Source: Paraspadella gotoi | Taxonomy: Eukaryota > Animalia > Chaetognatha | Assembly: GCA_051294375.1 (NCBI GenBank) | Contig: CM119271.1 | Location: forward strand, 8,423,788-8,487,787 | Length of the DNA stretch: 64,000 nucleotides | Reading direction: 5' to 3' | Shown here: positions 47,401 to 60,094 of the stretch, piece by piece | Layout of the letters: each line of letters starts with the position of its first letter | Numbering within the stretch: position 1 is the stretch's first letter | Made by a program: the position numbers and the translations under genes | Notes under the pieces: model-generated | What the model was told of the DNA's origin: nothing | What the model saw: only the letters and a program-made list of their open reading frames with translations | Database searches by the model: none

Positions 47401-50020
47401 GTGCCGGAACGTCGCGAGTCTAACCACCAAATTCCTAACCCTTACCTTGAGACGATCCCCGTTGGTGTCTGAAGAATCGGCGCGTTCGCTTCCCGCCAAA
47501 TCGATCAGATTGACGTTGCTGGTCTTGACGGAAATTGCCTCCCCAAGGTCGTCCAGGTTCTCAGTCTGATGGAAGACAAACAAAAAAATTAATATAGCGA
47601 ATCAATCGATCTTGACAAGCTAACGTGGTTTTGTCATTAACATCCACCTTGCTTTGATGCAGAAAAATAGTGAAAACGGCGTGGCTTCGGCTGCTCCTGT
47701 CGTTCATCGCCGTGGCGGCGGTGGCGCGGTTCTTGTTGGCGATATCGATGTAGACTTTGATGTCCTCCTGTGAGAAGACGTCGCGCACGACGATCCCTTC
47801 CACGTAGGGCCCAGTGCTGGCGTGCTCGCGAACGCGCAAGGCCGGCGCCTTTTCGTTTGGCATGTTGGGACGGAGCAAGTCGTAGATCTTCTCGTTGTAT
47901 ATCTCGTAGCAGGACACTTTGATCTCGAACTGGGTCTGTACAAGAGGGACGATAAACAATGTTTAGACGGATTTGGAAGTATTGAGATGATATTCGACGA
48001 TTTCCAGTTCTTACATATTGCGACGGAGTATTGTGTCTGGTGTATGTTTCAATCCGCTTAAAGAGGTCCTCTGCGAAGCGAGGAATGATTCCAGGATCCT
48101 CAGGAACACCCATCATGCTAAGGAATTAAGGGATATTATAATCAAAGTTTAGTGAAGAAAAAGTAGAGCGCACAACAACCTTCTGCAAATCAACACCTAT
48201 AGGTTTTTCCGGATCCCGTCTGTCCGTATGCAAAAAGGCTTGTGTTGTATCCTTCAAAGGCCTTGTTGAGAAGCGGTTGACCCAGAGTCTCGTAGACGCA
48301 TTTTTGAGAGGCGAAGGAGGCGCCGGCGACGGAAGAGTCCGAGTGAGACCAAAAGCAATAATCGTAGCTGAAATGCGAGGAAAACAAATGAAAACAAATA
48401 CATTTAATCAACCAAATAAAGTTCTTTTAGTTACCGTCCCCGCCAGGGAGCTTGCGCCGTGTGAGGGGGGCCTCCTTGATGCTGATCCGGAGTAGACACC
48501 GTCGTAGTCGTGTTGTCCATCCCGATCACGAGTCGACAAGCTGAAGGGTTATCCAATTCCCTGGTTAAAAAAAGGTTATTTTGATTTCCTTATTCAAAAG
48601 CATCTTAGGAAAAACACGAAAAACGTACTTGGCAACGAAGGGCCTGACTCGGATAGCGACAGTAACGGACTGGGACGTTGACTCGATGCGACCTCGACGT
48701 TTTTGAGAGGAAACAACGTCGCCAACGCCCTTGGTGACGACGCCGGAACCATTCAGCGCCAATGCCGACGCGTCGTGATATTCCTCCGAAGAACCGGACG
48801 AGGATTCCGATGCAGCAGTTTCGTTCATCTTATCTTTGTTGTCCCCGATGATGGATGAGTCTTCTACCGCCTATAACGAATTATAATTAAAAATTAATAA
48901 CATAGTTCAAATAATTACATTTAATAATGATTAATGATAACTAATAATTTGCCTTCATGAAGGAGTCCGAATCTCGACTGATGGTCGAAAGGAGAGAATC
49001 GTCAGCGGCGCCGCTTTTACGCCACAACGACGCCGCCGTGGGAGTGTCGCCTTTCTTTTTGTCCTCCAGGTTACGCCGGGCGCCACTGAGGTGAACACAA
49101 TAGCAACGCAAGAAACGCATGTTAATTTAGATTCATTGAAAATATTATATAAACATGACTGACTTCTTGGTCTTGGACTCTCCATTCCGCGACTGACGCG
49201 GCGGTCGTGACTTAAGATTGTCGCCGCCGGCGTTGCGAGAGAGGGGCGTGGTTTGTGGCATGGTGGAGCGGGTGGCGTCCTCGGCGATGGAACAGAGTGA
49301 GTCCGTCGATCCAGTGGGCGAGGGAGACAGGAGGCAGATTTTTCTGAATGACAAATAGAAAATTAATAAATAGAAAAATTATGGTGGATAAGACGGTCAA
49401 AGTCTTTCATGTACCGTGGTGTGACAGTTCCGTTGATGGATGCTTCCAAAACTTGAGAACTGAAAGTGACGCCGTTGTGAATTCCGGAACGCGGCGTCGA
49501 CGTCTGGGAGGCGCGTTCTAGACTTGTGCTGCGCTTGCGAACGCTACATAAAAAATGAGTTTTAAGTATTGTCTGTTTTTATTTTTAATTCAAATAGCCA
49601 AGACTTAGTACCTTTCATTTTTATCTTTAAGTAGTGACCTGTCGAAAGACCCCGATCGTTGGCGGTTTGCAGGTCTAGTCAACTGAAAGTTTCGGGTCAA
49701 ACGGGTATTAAAAAAAGTTTTAACCGTCGGGAAAAGTGCGTTGATTATTACGAACCTGAGCGACTTTCCCGGTCGAGGTTCCGACGAGAGTTTTGACCCT
49801 GGTTTGCTTTTGATTCGTCGCGGAAGGCGCCTGGTTCGCCCTGATTCGATCCGCGGGTCTAGAAGATCGTCTGATGACCCCAAAAAGGGAAAAACACCAA
49901 AAAAGGAGGGAAAAGTGTAACCGGTTTAGGACTCGATCCTCCTCGATCCCCCAATTACGGAGAGAAGAGAGAAAAAAAGGAAGATCCCCTCCTGACTCAC
50001 CCTGCAGCAGCGCCTTTCAT
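44446..50020 (-). CDS. KIF14: Kinesin-3 motor protein, KIF14-like, with short tail
   Basis: [64 protein letters not shown] and [18 protein letters not shown]. Long Ser-rich N-terminal extension; last exon ends at TGA 44446-44448. The start codon is tentative. Confidence 0.85.
47028..47254 (+). mobile_element. Possible decayed solo LTR in a kinesin intron
   Basis: Begins CGTTACAAAC (compare TGTTACAAAC at 59880), contains AATAAA near 47082 and ends TAAACA. No target duplication. Confidence 0.35.
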
Positions 50021-50324
50021 CTCGCGGCCCGCTTCATCCAACACAACGACAACGACTACGATGACACGCAAGGTTTTCGATGTTTTTTGACGCAACGGAC
50101 CAAATTGTGTTCAGAATCTTTTTTTGTGCTCTTGGCTATGGGATGTTTTCTCCTTTTTTATTCCTTCTTGTTTTTTTCTTCTCGGTTTCGGTTTGAATTC
50201 AAAATCAGCCGCTCTGCCGGAAGAAACAGTGGCTCGATTTGAGTAAGGGATAAAAACTAGGAGAGGATGGAACAAAGGAAAATACAATTTTACGTTACAC
50301 GAATGGGTCTTACAATTTGTATTC

Positions 50325-50327
<3 letters not shown>

Positions 50328-50405
<78 letters not shown>
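50328..50405 (+). repeat. (GA)n microsatellite upstream of the kinesin gene
   Basis: Pure dinucleotide run. Confidence 0.95.
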
Positions 50406-50411
<6 letters not shown>

Positions 50412-51088
50412 CGAGAGCGACAGACCAATTTGCATAAATCATTGTCTTCTTATATTGACTTTTGACCGAGACTCGGGAATATTTGACCGAGAAAATGACT
50501 AAGTTCCGGTCTTTGGCTCTGGTCTATGAGGCGAGTCTCACTGAAGTTAATGCTTTTTAACTTGTCATTTAATCTATCATTTTTTTTTCATTTTCTCGAG
50601 AATATGTCACTAGTTCACTACACTGATTGATTGATTAATTAATGCGATTATTCGATCGTAACATTTGTCTTTCTCTGATTTAAATTTCTATTATTGAAAT
50701 AAAAGTTAAAGAGAGGATTGTTCTCAGCTGTGTCAATAATTCACAGAAGGTCGTCTATTCGGGTTTAAATAACAATAAATAATTATTAAATTAATGAATA
50801 CAGGTGCATCAATTGGGAAATGACTAGATATCTCATCCTTGGATAACAATGCTTTTCAATATTATCAACATAAAATTGGTCAAGAAATATAAGTTGTAAA
50901 CATAAATAAGGAACGTTTTACACAGAAATGCGAAGCGAAAGGCAAGCCGAAATATTCGCCGGGTCATAAGAAATTACCGTGGTTAATACAATAAAGACGG
51001 CAAGATAGCATAGGTTGGATGTAGTATGTTAATGCGTTTTTTTTTAATTAAAATACAATGGTTTGGTTGATAATAATGACAACCACCG

Positions 51089-54000
51089 TCAAACAAAGCA
51101 TTTTTTTTTCTCTGCCTCGAACCCGAGACGCGAAAGCGAACGTGAAGCGATGCTGCCGAAGGACGGAGCCTTCGAGCATCTTGTCAAGTGAAGTTGAAGC
51201 CGGACTCTGTCGTCAAAAGGTTGCCCGCATTCAATACAGTTATACCGGGGATGCTGGCGGTCTTCGTCGAACTTCGGTTGGGCGTCAGGTTCCAGTTTTA
51301 CCCCTGAAGAAAATGAGAAACACTCCCTGCGACTTTCGACGACTTTACTCAGAAGCAAAGGGTTCGCGACTTCGTCATCGTCTCCGCAGTCGTCGACGTC
51401 AATCTCGACGTCGTCATCGTCTTCGTCGACGTCCTCGTCGTCGGATCGCAAAAACTCGTTGGACGGGCCGCGGTCATCGTCTCGAAAATCTGAGGGCGAT
51501 TTTCTTTGGTGAACCTTTCTATGCCGCTCCAAGTTGCTCTTGTGTGAAGTGGCGTAGTTGCAAACGGCGCAGCAGTAATCCTTCTAAACGGTTTGCAACG
51601 ATTTATTTATATTCTTTAGTTAATAATTGTCAAAAACAACTGTCCATCGCTCACCTGTCCGCTGTGCACCGTCAAGTGGCGCTTCAGTAACGCCTTTCGG
51701 CAAAAGTTTCTTCCGCAGTAGCGACACTCGTACCCGTTGCGGTGGCAGCGAACCACGTGGTCGCGCAATGAAGCCTTGCTGTTGAAGACAAGGCCGCAAC
51801 ATTCAAGTAGCTAGGAAACGTAATTAGTTGAGATCAAACATTAATTAACGAATGCGATTTTTTTTTAGCATTAATAAATTACTTTATTGCTTTCTTGATG
51901 CATTGTAACGATGTGGCGTTTCAAATTGTTTTTTCTGAAAATGAGGGGGAAAAAAAAAACAATTAAAACGATAATCTTATGAGAAAAAGAATGAGCACTG
52001 AAACCAACAAACCCCACCTGTCCGTAAAATATCTGCATTGGCCGCAATGAAATTTCTTCTTCTCGACCGGAAATCCTTGGATTTTGTTGAATCTCGACGT
52101 CAGCGAATTAATTGAGTGCGCTGATGAAGTCGGAAACGAGGGCGGCGCCTTCAAGGCGGCTCCCCGGCGGGAAGAAGGCGGCGCCATAGAGGTTATTGCG
52201 CTGGCGGCGCTGCGAATGGAACAAGCGGTCGATGCGAGCACGGGATGCTGCGGCGGCTGCAACGAGGCGGCTTCCGTCGGTGATGGCGTTCCGAAAGGGT
52301 TTTGACATTTTCCCGCCTTCTGGAAGACTGGGGAATGGGGATATTTAAATAGTTGTAATTTAAAAGACATCAAAAACATAAAATCCATCATGATAATGTA
52401 TATCTAATTATCTATGAAATTGGTACAACCAATATAAAAATTATCCATTCATTTAATAAATAAGCTATTTTGCCCCTGACTTTGGACAGGCTTTGGTGGT
52501 TTAAGGCCTCCATCACTCTTACAAGATAATTACATAGCAGGTCCCTGCAAGCTTTCAATCAAGACTCTCTCACAGTCCCGTTTATTCACTCCCAGAGTAC
52601 CTGGCTTCCCTATCAATGAAGTGGAAAATATTTCAAAGAATGTTTCAATTGTATAAAAAGACCTCTCCCTAAAGTATTAGATCGGGGAATACTTATTGTA
52701 CTCCGCACTAGCATCAAAATACAAGGAGCTGAATTTTATGAAATTGGTACAACCAATATAAAAATTATCCATTAATTTAATAAATAAGATATCTTGCCCC
52801 TGACTTTGGACAGGCTTTGGTGGTTTAAGGCCTCCATCACTCTATGTTAAGTATGCTACACCTTTAGGTCCTTTACCCTTTAAAAACCTTGAAAGTTATA
52901 AGGACACATGCTTGTTGAGACCATTTTCTGTTCCGTTTGTTTTTTTTAATTAACGTTTTTCTCACCCGAATTGGCGATGATAGGAGACCCAAAACGAAAG
53001 TTAAACTTGTTTCCGATTTTGAAGGAGAGACGGAGGAGCGAGGAGGAAAGAGAGGAGAGAGGGAGGGGAATTGAGAGAAGAGAGAGAGTGGAGGGGAGAA
53101 AGAGAAGAAGTTGGAGGAATGGCAACGCGCTTTCTTCTCGGCACCGAGTAAAACGCCGAAGCCTTTCGGTCGGATATGGGGGAAATTTGCAGCGGCGGCG
53201 GCGGCGGGGCGGCATCGTCGCCAGTGGCGGCGCGTCCTCAGTCGGCGGTGTCGTTTCGGCGCGAAACGGAATCGGAGAACAAAAGGGAAACGCGACATCG
53301 GGTCTTCTGGCCAGAGGGCGACGGAGGCCCGGGTTGGCGTCAAGGATCTCGGAGAAGGTCGTCGGTTGACGTTGGTGGTTGACGGCAGGGGGATGGGAAC
53401 TGGACGTCGGAAATAAATTATTTGAGCTACAATTTTCGCACTTCTTAATTGGGATGGGATGGCTATTATTTTTCGTTGAAATATATTTATTTGATGACGC
53501 ATTATTACTGCTCATTCGCAGCGGATCGTATCAGCCTCGGTAGCGCAGTAGGCAGCGCGTCAGTCTCATAATGATATTCAAGAGTTATCTGAAGGTCGTG
53601 AGTTCGATCCTCACCCGGGGCACGTTTTACTTTCTTGTTTAAGTACGTAAATCTAAATATTCTATCTGAAAATATCCTACGTCGTAACTAAAACAAAGTT
53701 TATTTCAAGCGAAGCAGGTCGAGAGTCGAGAATTCGATCCTCACCAAGGGCACATGATTAAAATTATATTTTTTTGAAAATGTGCAATGCACAATGCACA
53801 TTTAAGTTTAAAGAAACGATTCAGTTCTAAGCTATCCTAAAAACCCCGGTAGCGCAGACGGCGCCGCGTTCGTCTCGTATTGAACGAAAAGAGCTATCCG
53901 AAGGTCTTGAGTTCAGTCCTCACACGGGACATGCTGAAGTAACTTTTGTTTGATTTTGACGAATCGTATGATATCGACTGACCTTTGGTAGCGTTGAATG

Positions 54001-54149
54001 CCAATCAGAGAACCGGAAGTGGGAATGGAAATCGTTCTGACCCCGGATGTAAGATCCAGCGGCGCGTCGTAAATGTCTGGGCGTTTTGCCCGATCGCTCT
54101 GTGGCGACGTCGGCGTCGGCGGCAGAGAAAAGTGATCGCCGATTATCAT
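51089..54149 (-). CDS. C2H2 zinc-finger transcription factor with an N-terminal PLDLT (CtBP-binding-like) motif
   Basis: Spliced fingers FHCGQCRYFTDRKNNLKRHIVTMH, YECRYCGRNFCRKALLKRHLTVHSGQ, CAVCNYATSHKSNLERHRKVH and YNCIECGQPF. The 5' exon (53983-54149) encodes DAPLDLT. The reading frame of the exon at 52966-53400 is unresolved. Confidence 0.75.
52413..52843 (+). repeat. About 107-bp direct repeat (52413-52519 and 52737-52843; 324-bp period), part of an interspersed family
   Basis: Near-identical copies. Related fragments occur on the - strand at about 38186-38290 and 60895-60922. Confidence 0.85.
53534..53622 (+). tRNA. Elongator tRNA-Met(CAT) with a 16-nt intron (53571-53586)
   Basis: Removing the intron after position 37 gives a canonical GCCTCGGTAGCGCAGTAGGCAGCGCGTCAGTCTCATAATCTGAAGGTCGTGAGTTCGATCCTCACCCGGGGCA. 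The acceptor stem is paired and a TTTT terminator follows at 53625-53628. Confidence 0.93.
53716..53752 (+). pseudogene. 3' fragment of tRNA-Met
   Basis: AATTCGATCCTCACCAAGGGCA resembles the T arm and acceptor strand of the adjacent tRNA. Confidence 0.6.
53843..53931 (+). pseudogene. Degenerate intron-containing tRNA-Met copy with the anticodon changed to CGT
   Basis: Colinear with 53534-53622, including a 16-nt intron ending AAGAGCT. It has mismatches in the acceptor, D and anticodon stems and an altered T loop. Confidence 0.75.
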
Positions 54150-54531
54150 TGTTGACGCAAAACAGTTCCTCAAATACGCGTTTTTTAAAAAAAACCTTGA
54201 AAAGAAAATGTAATTTTATGTCAGTGGTGATAGTAATAAATATTAAAGTATGAAGTCAAAACCTATCCGGTTCAGTCGTTTAAAAAGAAAAGAGAAAGAA
54301 ATGGACGGAACGGGAACTATTCTTATTTTGTAGAGAAGAGAAAAATAAAGATGGCGTGAAAAAAAAAAGAGCAATCAACGCGAATGGAATATTTTATTTG
54401 CTCGCGACGAAATAAAAGGAAAGAAGTGACCGACGATCATCGTTGGCCGAAGGCTTGACCGGCCAAAAACACAAAAGGAAAAAAAAGAACGAATCAAATT
54501 TGACTCCGCTTTTCTAATCCTGGGAAAACCT

Positions 54532-54540
<9 letters not shown>

Positions 54541-54585
<45 letters not shown>
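54541..54585 (+). repeat. (GA)n microsatellite
   Basis: Pure dinucleotide run. Confidence 0.9.
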
Positions 54586-54588
<3 letters not shown>

Positions 54589-54934
54589 TGTCACTTTTGA
54601 CTTCATCGAAAGGAGCTAATCCCGGTCGGAACCGCAGAAACAGCGACGCCCCAAATCGGGATCGTCTAATCGGTATCGACGTTTTACCTTTTGTTTCCTC
54701 GTGTTTCCGCCACCTTCCTTAATTAAGGCTTTCCAAATTTTGAGAGGGAGTTTTTAGCGCGAATTTGTGCACGAATTGGTGCAGAATTAATTTTCAATAG
54801 TACACAATGGCACAGAGCGGAAGCAGGAAGTTTGCAGAATAAAGACGCGATCGCCTCGCTCGCGTTCTTTTATTTGTCTTTGCGCTGCTCCTTTGTTTTT
54901 ATTGGAAGTTCTCTCTTTCTCTCCCTCTTTCTCT

Positions 54935-54971
<37 letters not shown>

Positions 54972-57900
54972 CCTCTCGTCCGCGCTCGCGATCAAAAAAA
55001 ACTTTTCTCCCCTCTTTCCTGCGCAAAGATAATATTCCACACCGGAAGCGCGACGCCTAACTTCATTAGTTCGAACTCGATCCAATAACGAAACGCGTCG
55101 TAAAAACATCGCGCGTGACTTTCGTCCCGACCTTTCGCGATCCTTGACCTCGTCGACCCCTGGCGTAAAAAATCGTCAGGATATTGATAGAGATTCGGAG
55201 ACTTCTCTTAGTGACATAGCGGAGAGCGCGTGAAATGAACAATCAAACGATTAATTTTTTTTTTCGGTACGATCATTGACTTTTTTAATTTCGCCTATCG
55301 ATTAAAATATTATTGACTTTAATTTCACAAATGGGGCTTTTAAAAAGCGATTACTACCGACCACTCACGATGAATTTACTACTGAGAGTCCCCGAAAACC
55401 CCTTTTCGGCGCTTTGAAAAGAACGAGAACATTTTGGAAGCCATCCAGAGGCAGTTTTCTTCTGATTTTTAAAAAATTCTCATGGTCAAAAATGTAAAAA
55501 AAGAGAATTAATTATTGCGAAAGGAATTTCGGTGAAGATGTTTAAATTTTTTTTTCTTTTCGGTGTCCAAGATGAAAGTCGGAAACGAGAGGAGACAGAT
55601 CGGGTGAAGTCGCGTCTCTCTCTGTCGAAAAAAAAAAGAAGTAATGAATGCAAATCCTAATTTCCTCTTTTTCTCAATTCAGCCGGAGGACAGAAAAAAA
55701 AAAGCCACGGCTTTTAAATTGAGTCAAAAATTGTAAAAATTAGTCGGTTGAGGGGGGGGGACTGAAAAACGAATCGGCCGGCAAATTTTTCTGATTGGCA
55801 ACTCGTTCATAAAAAGTTAAAAAAAAAAAAAACAAAAAAAAAACAAACAAAACCGATGGAATCTGTAACTTAAAAAATGGAACGTCAGTGAAACCGGAGC
55901 CGATCGAAAGTCTCTGAAAAATTTGCAAAGCTTACTTACCCTTTCAAGTTCGATCATGAGTCAACGGAAACAGTAGTTGTTGTCATTGCCATCGTAAAAA
56001 GGAAATCGGTCTTGGGAGAAGATTCAGTTCTTAGTCATCCTTTTTTCACGTAACCTTAATGAGGATTCTCATCCTTCTCAGCTACCAGTCATCTCATACC
56101 GGGTCGAGGTAAACCCACAAAATTCAGTAATCTCCGCCTCGATCCCTTGACCTTCCCAACAACTAGCCCCATCTGGGTTTTCACTCTCGCTGCGATCGGA
56201 AAATAAAAAAAAGAAGGATGACGACACCGAGTCACCGACTGGAATCCAATTCCATCTCCGACGCAAGATGATCTTTGAAAAACAAGATCTTCAAAATAAG
56301 AGTTCGAGCCTTTTTTTTTTCTCTTTCCTTTTCTTCCCCTTTTCTTTTTTTGGCAACTCGATTGGAATTTGGCGACGATGGGTCGTCCGCCGTCCAGTCA
56401 TCGGGAGTGTTCGTCACTGACTACAGTAGGCGTCGCCCCGCCTGGCCTAGTTCCAATGCCGTTGACGGGGCCCGCTAAAAGGAAGTCGGCCCAGGAGCCC
56501 GGAGCGATGGCGTCGGCGGCCGAGAGGGACATCGACGGCCGGGGAAAAATCGCGAAAGATGGCGCGAGGCGAAGAAGGGAGAGAGAACGAAGCCAAAATC
56601 AAGAGTCGCTGATCGAAATGTCATCAGGAGAATTTTTATTTCTTCGAGAGGAACTTCGTGAGCGAGGCTCTTTTTTTTTTTTTTTTTTTTTTGAGACGCC
56701 GAAAAGGTCGCGTTCGATTTTTTAAGATTAAATTAAATTTAAAAGCTTTTCTTTCAAGAAACTTAATAAAAATTATGAAGTGGTATATACTATTAAGGAC
56801 AGAAATATATCTAATAACAGCCTTTAAAAGCTTTTTATTATTTATTAACTTGCTTTGGGATTTACATTTCTTTACGATCTCATTTATCGTCGTCATAAAA
56901 TTAGTAAAAAAATCGAAATCTTATACTTTTTCTCGAGATCGTCTTTTTTATCGTTTTATTTTACTTTTAAATCCGCTAACTATTAATGTCCTCCATAATT
57001 TTTCAACTTATCTCTGTCGCCAGATTATAGATATTCTTTATAGTTGTGTAGGAGTAAATATTATATTTAATTAAAAATGGTTCCATAAATATTCATTCTC
57101 ATTTGAAAACAGTCAATTTAAAAACAAAAAATTATTATTAAAAACAAAATTTGCAGTTAATCTTGAAGAGACAATGGACGACACCGAAGATCTTTGTTAA
57201 TCCGCGGTTGATTTCAAACCGAAACGCTAAGCTTATAATTCCAGAAAATTTTCAGTAATAAAGGATTTAAAATTTTTGGACTATAAAAATTTACAAGGTA
57301 GCAGGGAACAACAAAATGCTTTTTTTTCATAAAGCACTAGCTAAACAGCTCTATTAATAGAAATTATCAAACGAAAAAATTTAACTACTTCCAAAGCAGA
57401 CTAAGAAACTAGAGCAACCACAACACGATAAACATGTCATGGGTTATAAGTTCTAACAGATAAATACTAACATGGTTGCTTTGTTTTTCAGACAACGTCA
57501 CACCTCTCCATCTTTTGACGTTGAGAGATATTTCCCGTTACTCGTTAAATTCAGAGAGTGACGGCATTTTAATATTTAAAAAGGCCTCGTCAGGTGAGTT
57601 AGTTAAAACTCATTTAGCATTTTGTTAAAAGACAGAACGTGATCCAACGCTTGGTCAATCGTTCTAATTCTCATCGCCCGGCCTTCCCTCTTCGAGAGCG
57701 CAAAAATCTCAGTTCGTTAAGGCGGTGACAAAAATCCACCGCGTGACAGCGAACTAGCTCTCGGCTACGGTCACAGGCTCGGTTCCCTGACCTCGTTCAG
57801 CACATTTTTTTTTCAAGAATTTCCTGGAGTGGAATGCTCCTACATGGGAATCAGAGGATTCAGAGGGTAAGACTAAATACTTCTATTTTAATAACTTGAT

Positions 57901-58020
57901 GTATTAGCTGAGGGGCTGTCACTAAAATGTTTAGCTCCCTGTAAATGAATTTACTTTATAAACGTTATCCGTTTTCAAAAGTTGAAGTAAAAGCTGAAAA
58001 AACTTGGGTAAATTTACTTT

Positions 58021-59829
58021 TTAGCTATTAACGTCGACGGGATAGCCCGCCAAATTAATTTGGTGCAACAGTTCGCAAGACGGCGTTTTGGTTCCTTGAT
58101 TCCAGAGCTTGGTTTTGCGATGCGAAGCACCTTTCGAGTTTTGTTCTCGCTGGCATTTGCCAAGCAGACTTCCGATGAAGTCCTCTTCGATCTACGATTA
58201 TAAAATAAAATAATATGTTTAAAATCACTTTTAATGTAAAGTCCGGACTACCATCTACAACTCAGATGCTCTTTTATATAGGAGATATCGACGTTCGTCT
58301 CTTTCTCTCTTTCGCGATCATTCGAGATTCTGCCAGGTTACCTCCTGTTCAAGTAATTGAATTTTTGTCTCCTTGTAATTTCTCAACGAACTTTCCTTGA
58401 CGTAGTAAGGAATTTCGAGCTTCGAAGTAACTCGTGCCTCCGAGTACTAAAGTTAAGAAACGTTATTATTACAAAAGCCGACAACCTCGTATGCATATTA
58501 CAATATGATTATTTCAGCTTTATATTCCAAACTCAAAAGTTTTCATAGTACTTAGGATATTTGTTTCTTACTTATGACGTTATGAAGTTATGTGCTCAAG
58601 ATTATTAATTAATTCATCATTTACCTTTTGACTATGTTTAAGACTGTAAACAGGATCACCGACGAACAAGTTCGACGTCATAGAGAGAACGATGAGTAAC
58701 AGAACAGGAAGAAAGTGAAGGAACAACGAGCCGCTGGTCGACATGCTGGGAGATTAATCAAGAAACGACTCATTAGATGTTGGAGGCGAATAACCTTCGG
58801 CCCCTTGGACAACGAAAGATATATCATGGACATTCAATATAACTGCCAGATTTTTATCCGCGCATAAATCATTATTCAAGTTATTTAAGCTATTTAAATT
58901 TTTACGATTATTGTAATATACCTCTCACTATCTTGCTGCCTGTGTTGCGCCCTGTGTACATGAACGTTGTCGGGTTTTTCCTTGAATCTGCTGCTCGTGC
59001 CGAAGAACATGTTAAACAATTCCTCGGCGGAGATGTCGCTCTGAAACCTGGCCCCGTCGTCTGAGGCGTCGTCGCGTGTCCGTGGCGCATCGTTGTTTGT
59101 TTGTTTTTGGGGAGAGGGCGCGTTGGGACGTCGGGCGGCCCCCGCAGCTGCTCTCTTTTGGGCTGCAACCCACCCGTCGTATTTGAAGCGCTTGGTGGCG
59201 TCGCTGAGAACGGCAAAGGCGTTTGATATGCTCTTGAAGGCGTCCCCGGCGCCGGCGGCGCTGTTCTTGTCTGGGTGGAGGTTGAGGGCCAACTTACGAT
59301 AGGCCTTTTTGAGACGATTGTCGTCGGCATTTCGCGGGACACCGAGAATCTCATAGTAGTCGGTGGCGTTCTGTATTCTCCTTATCGTGTTCTCATCAAC
59401 TGGACTGTCGCCGCGCTGGTCGGCGGTTTGGGCGCCGAGGTTTCGCGATCCTGGCATCGGTCTGGGTTTTGGGGGAGAGGGTTTGTTTTCATTCTGCGGC
59501 GGCTGGGGCGGCCGCCGCGGTTGTGTCGGGGTCTTTGGCGGAGCTTGAGCTTCTTTCGCCTCCTTTCGGTCATTTGACGTCAGTTCCGACGCCACGGCAA
59601 CCGCGTGGTAACGCACATTTCGAAATTTGTCGTCGTATACAGAATCTTTGACGGCACATGCGCGAAACCGGGCGGCGCTAGAAGTTTCGGAATTTACATT
59701 GCGCGTCGACAACGGCCGCTCCTACAAATTGCAGCACAACTCTCGAATTTTCGGTTGATAGTAAAATTCACAATAATATTTAATACTTACCCTCGAGGTC
59801 ATGGTGTTTGGACTCCGATGTTCAACCAT
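58021..59829 (-). CDS. DNAJB12: DNAJB12/14-like ER J-domain protein (J domain, TM helix, DUF1977-like lumenal domain)
   Basis: DYYEILGV...[56 protein letters not shown], then [24 protein letters not shown] and TPSCELL. Stop TAA at 58021-58023. Confidence 0.85.
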
Positions 59830-59879
59830 TTCGGATTAATTATTTTTTTAACTTTGGGTCCTTTTTATGATTGATTTAT

Positions 59880-60094
59880 TGTTACAAACCATCTTACGCA
59901 ATCTAATCAGCCCCTTGCCTGCGTCGTTACCGTGCCTCATCTGAAACAATCAGCAGCATCAAGCACGATGCTTCAAGTTCAAGGAGATAGATAAAAGCTT
60001 CGTCGAATCCCTACGATCCAGCAGAGGGCTGCAGCAATCGCTTCAGCAGCAACAGCGAACGGGAAGACAGCCCCGAGCATTCGACGCAAAAACA
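59880..60094 (+). mobile_element. Solo LTR, 215 bp
   Basis: TGTT...AACA termini with a perfect 4-bp target duplication TTAT (59876-59879 and 60095-60098). Confidence 0.75.

Noticed and set aside
51089-51112. Zinc-finger protein ending KKKCFV, like a RhoV-type lipidation motif
   Set aside because: It depends on a T9 homopolymer and an unverified last exon, and is likely coincidental.
55330-55395. GAGAGTCCCC and GGGGCT resembling RNase MRP P4 strands
   Set aside because: Wrong order and no supporting structure.
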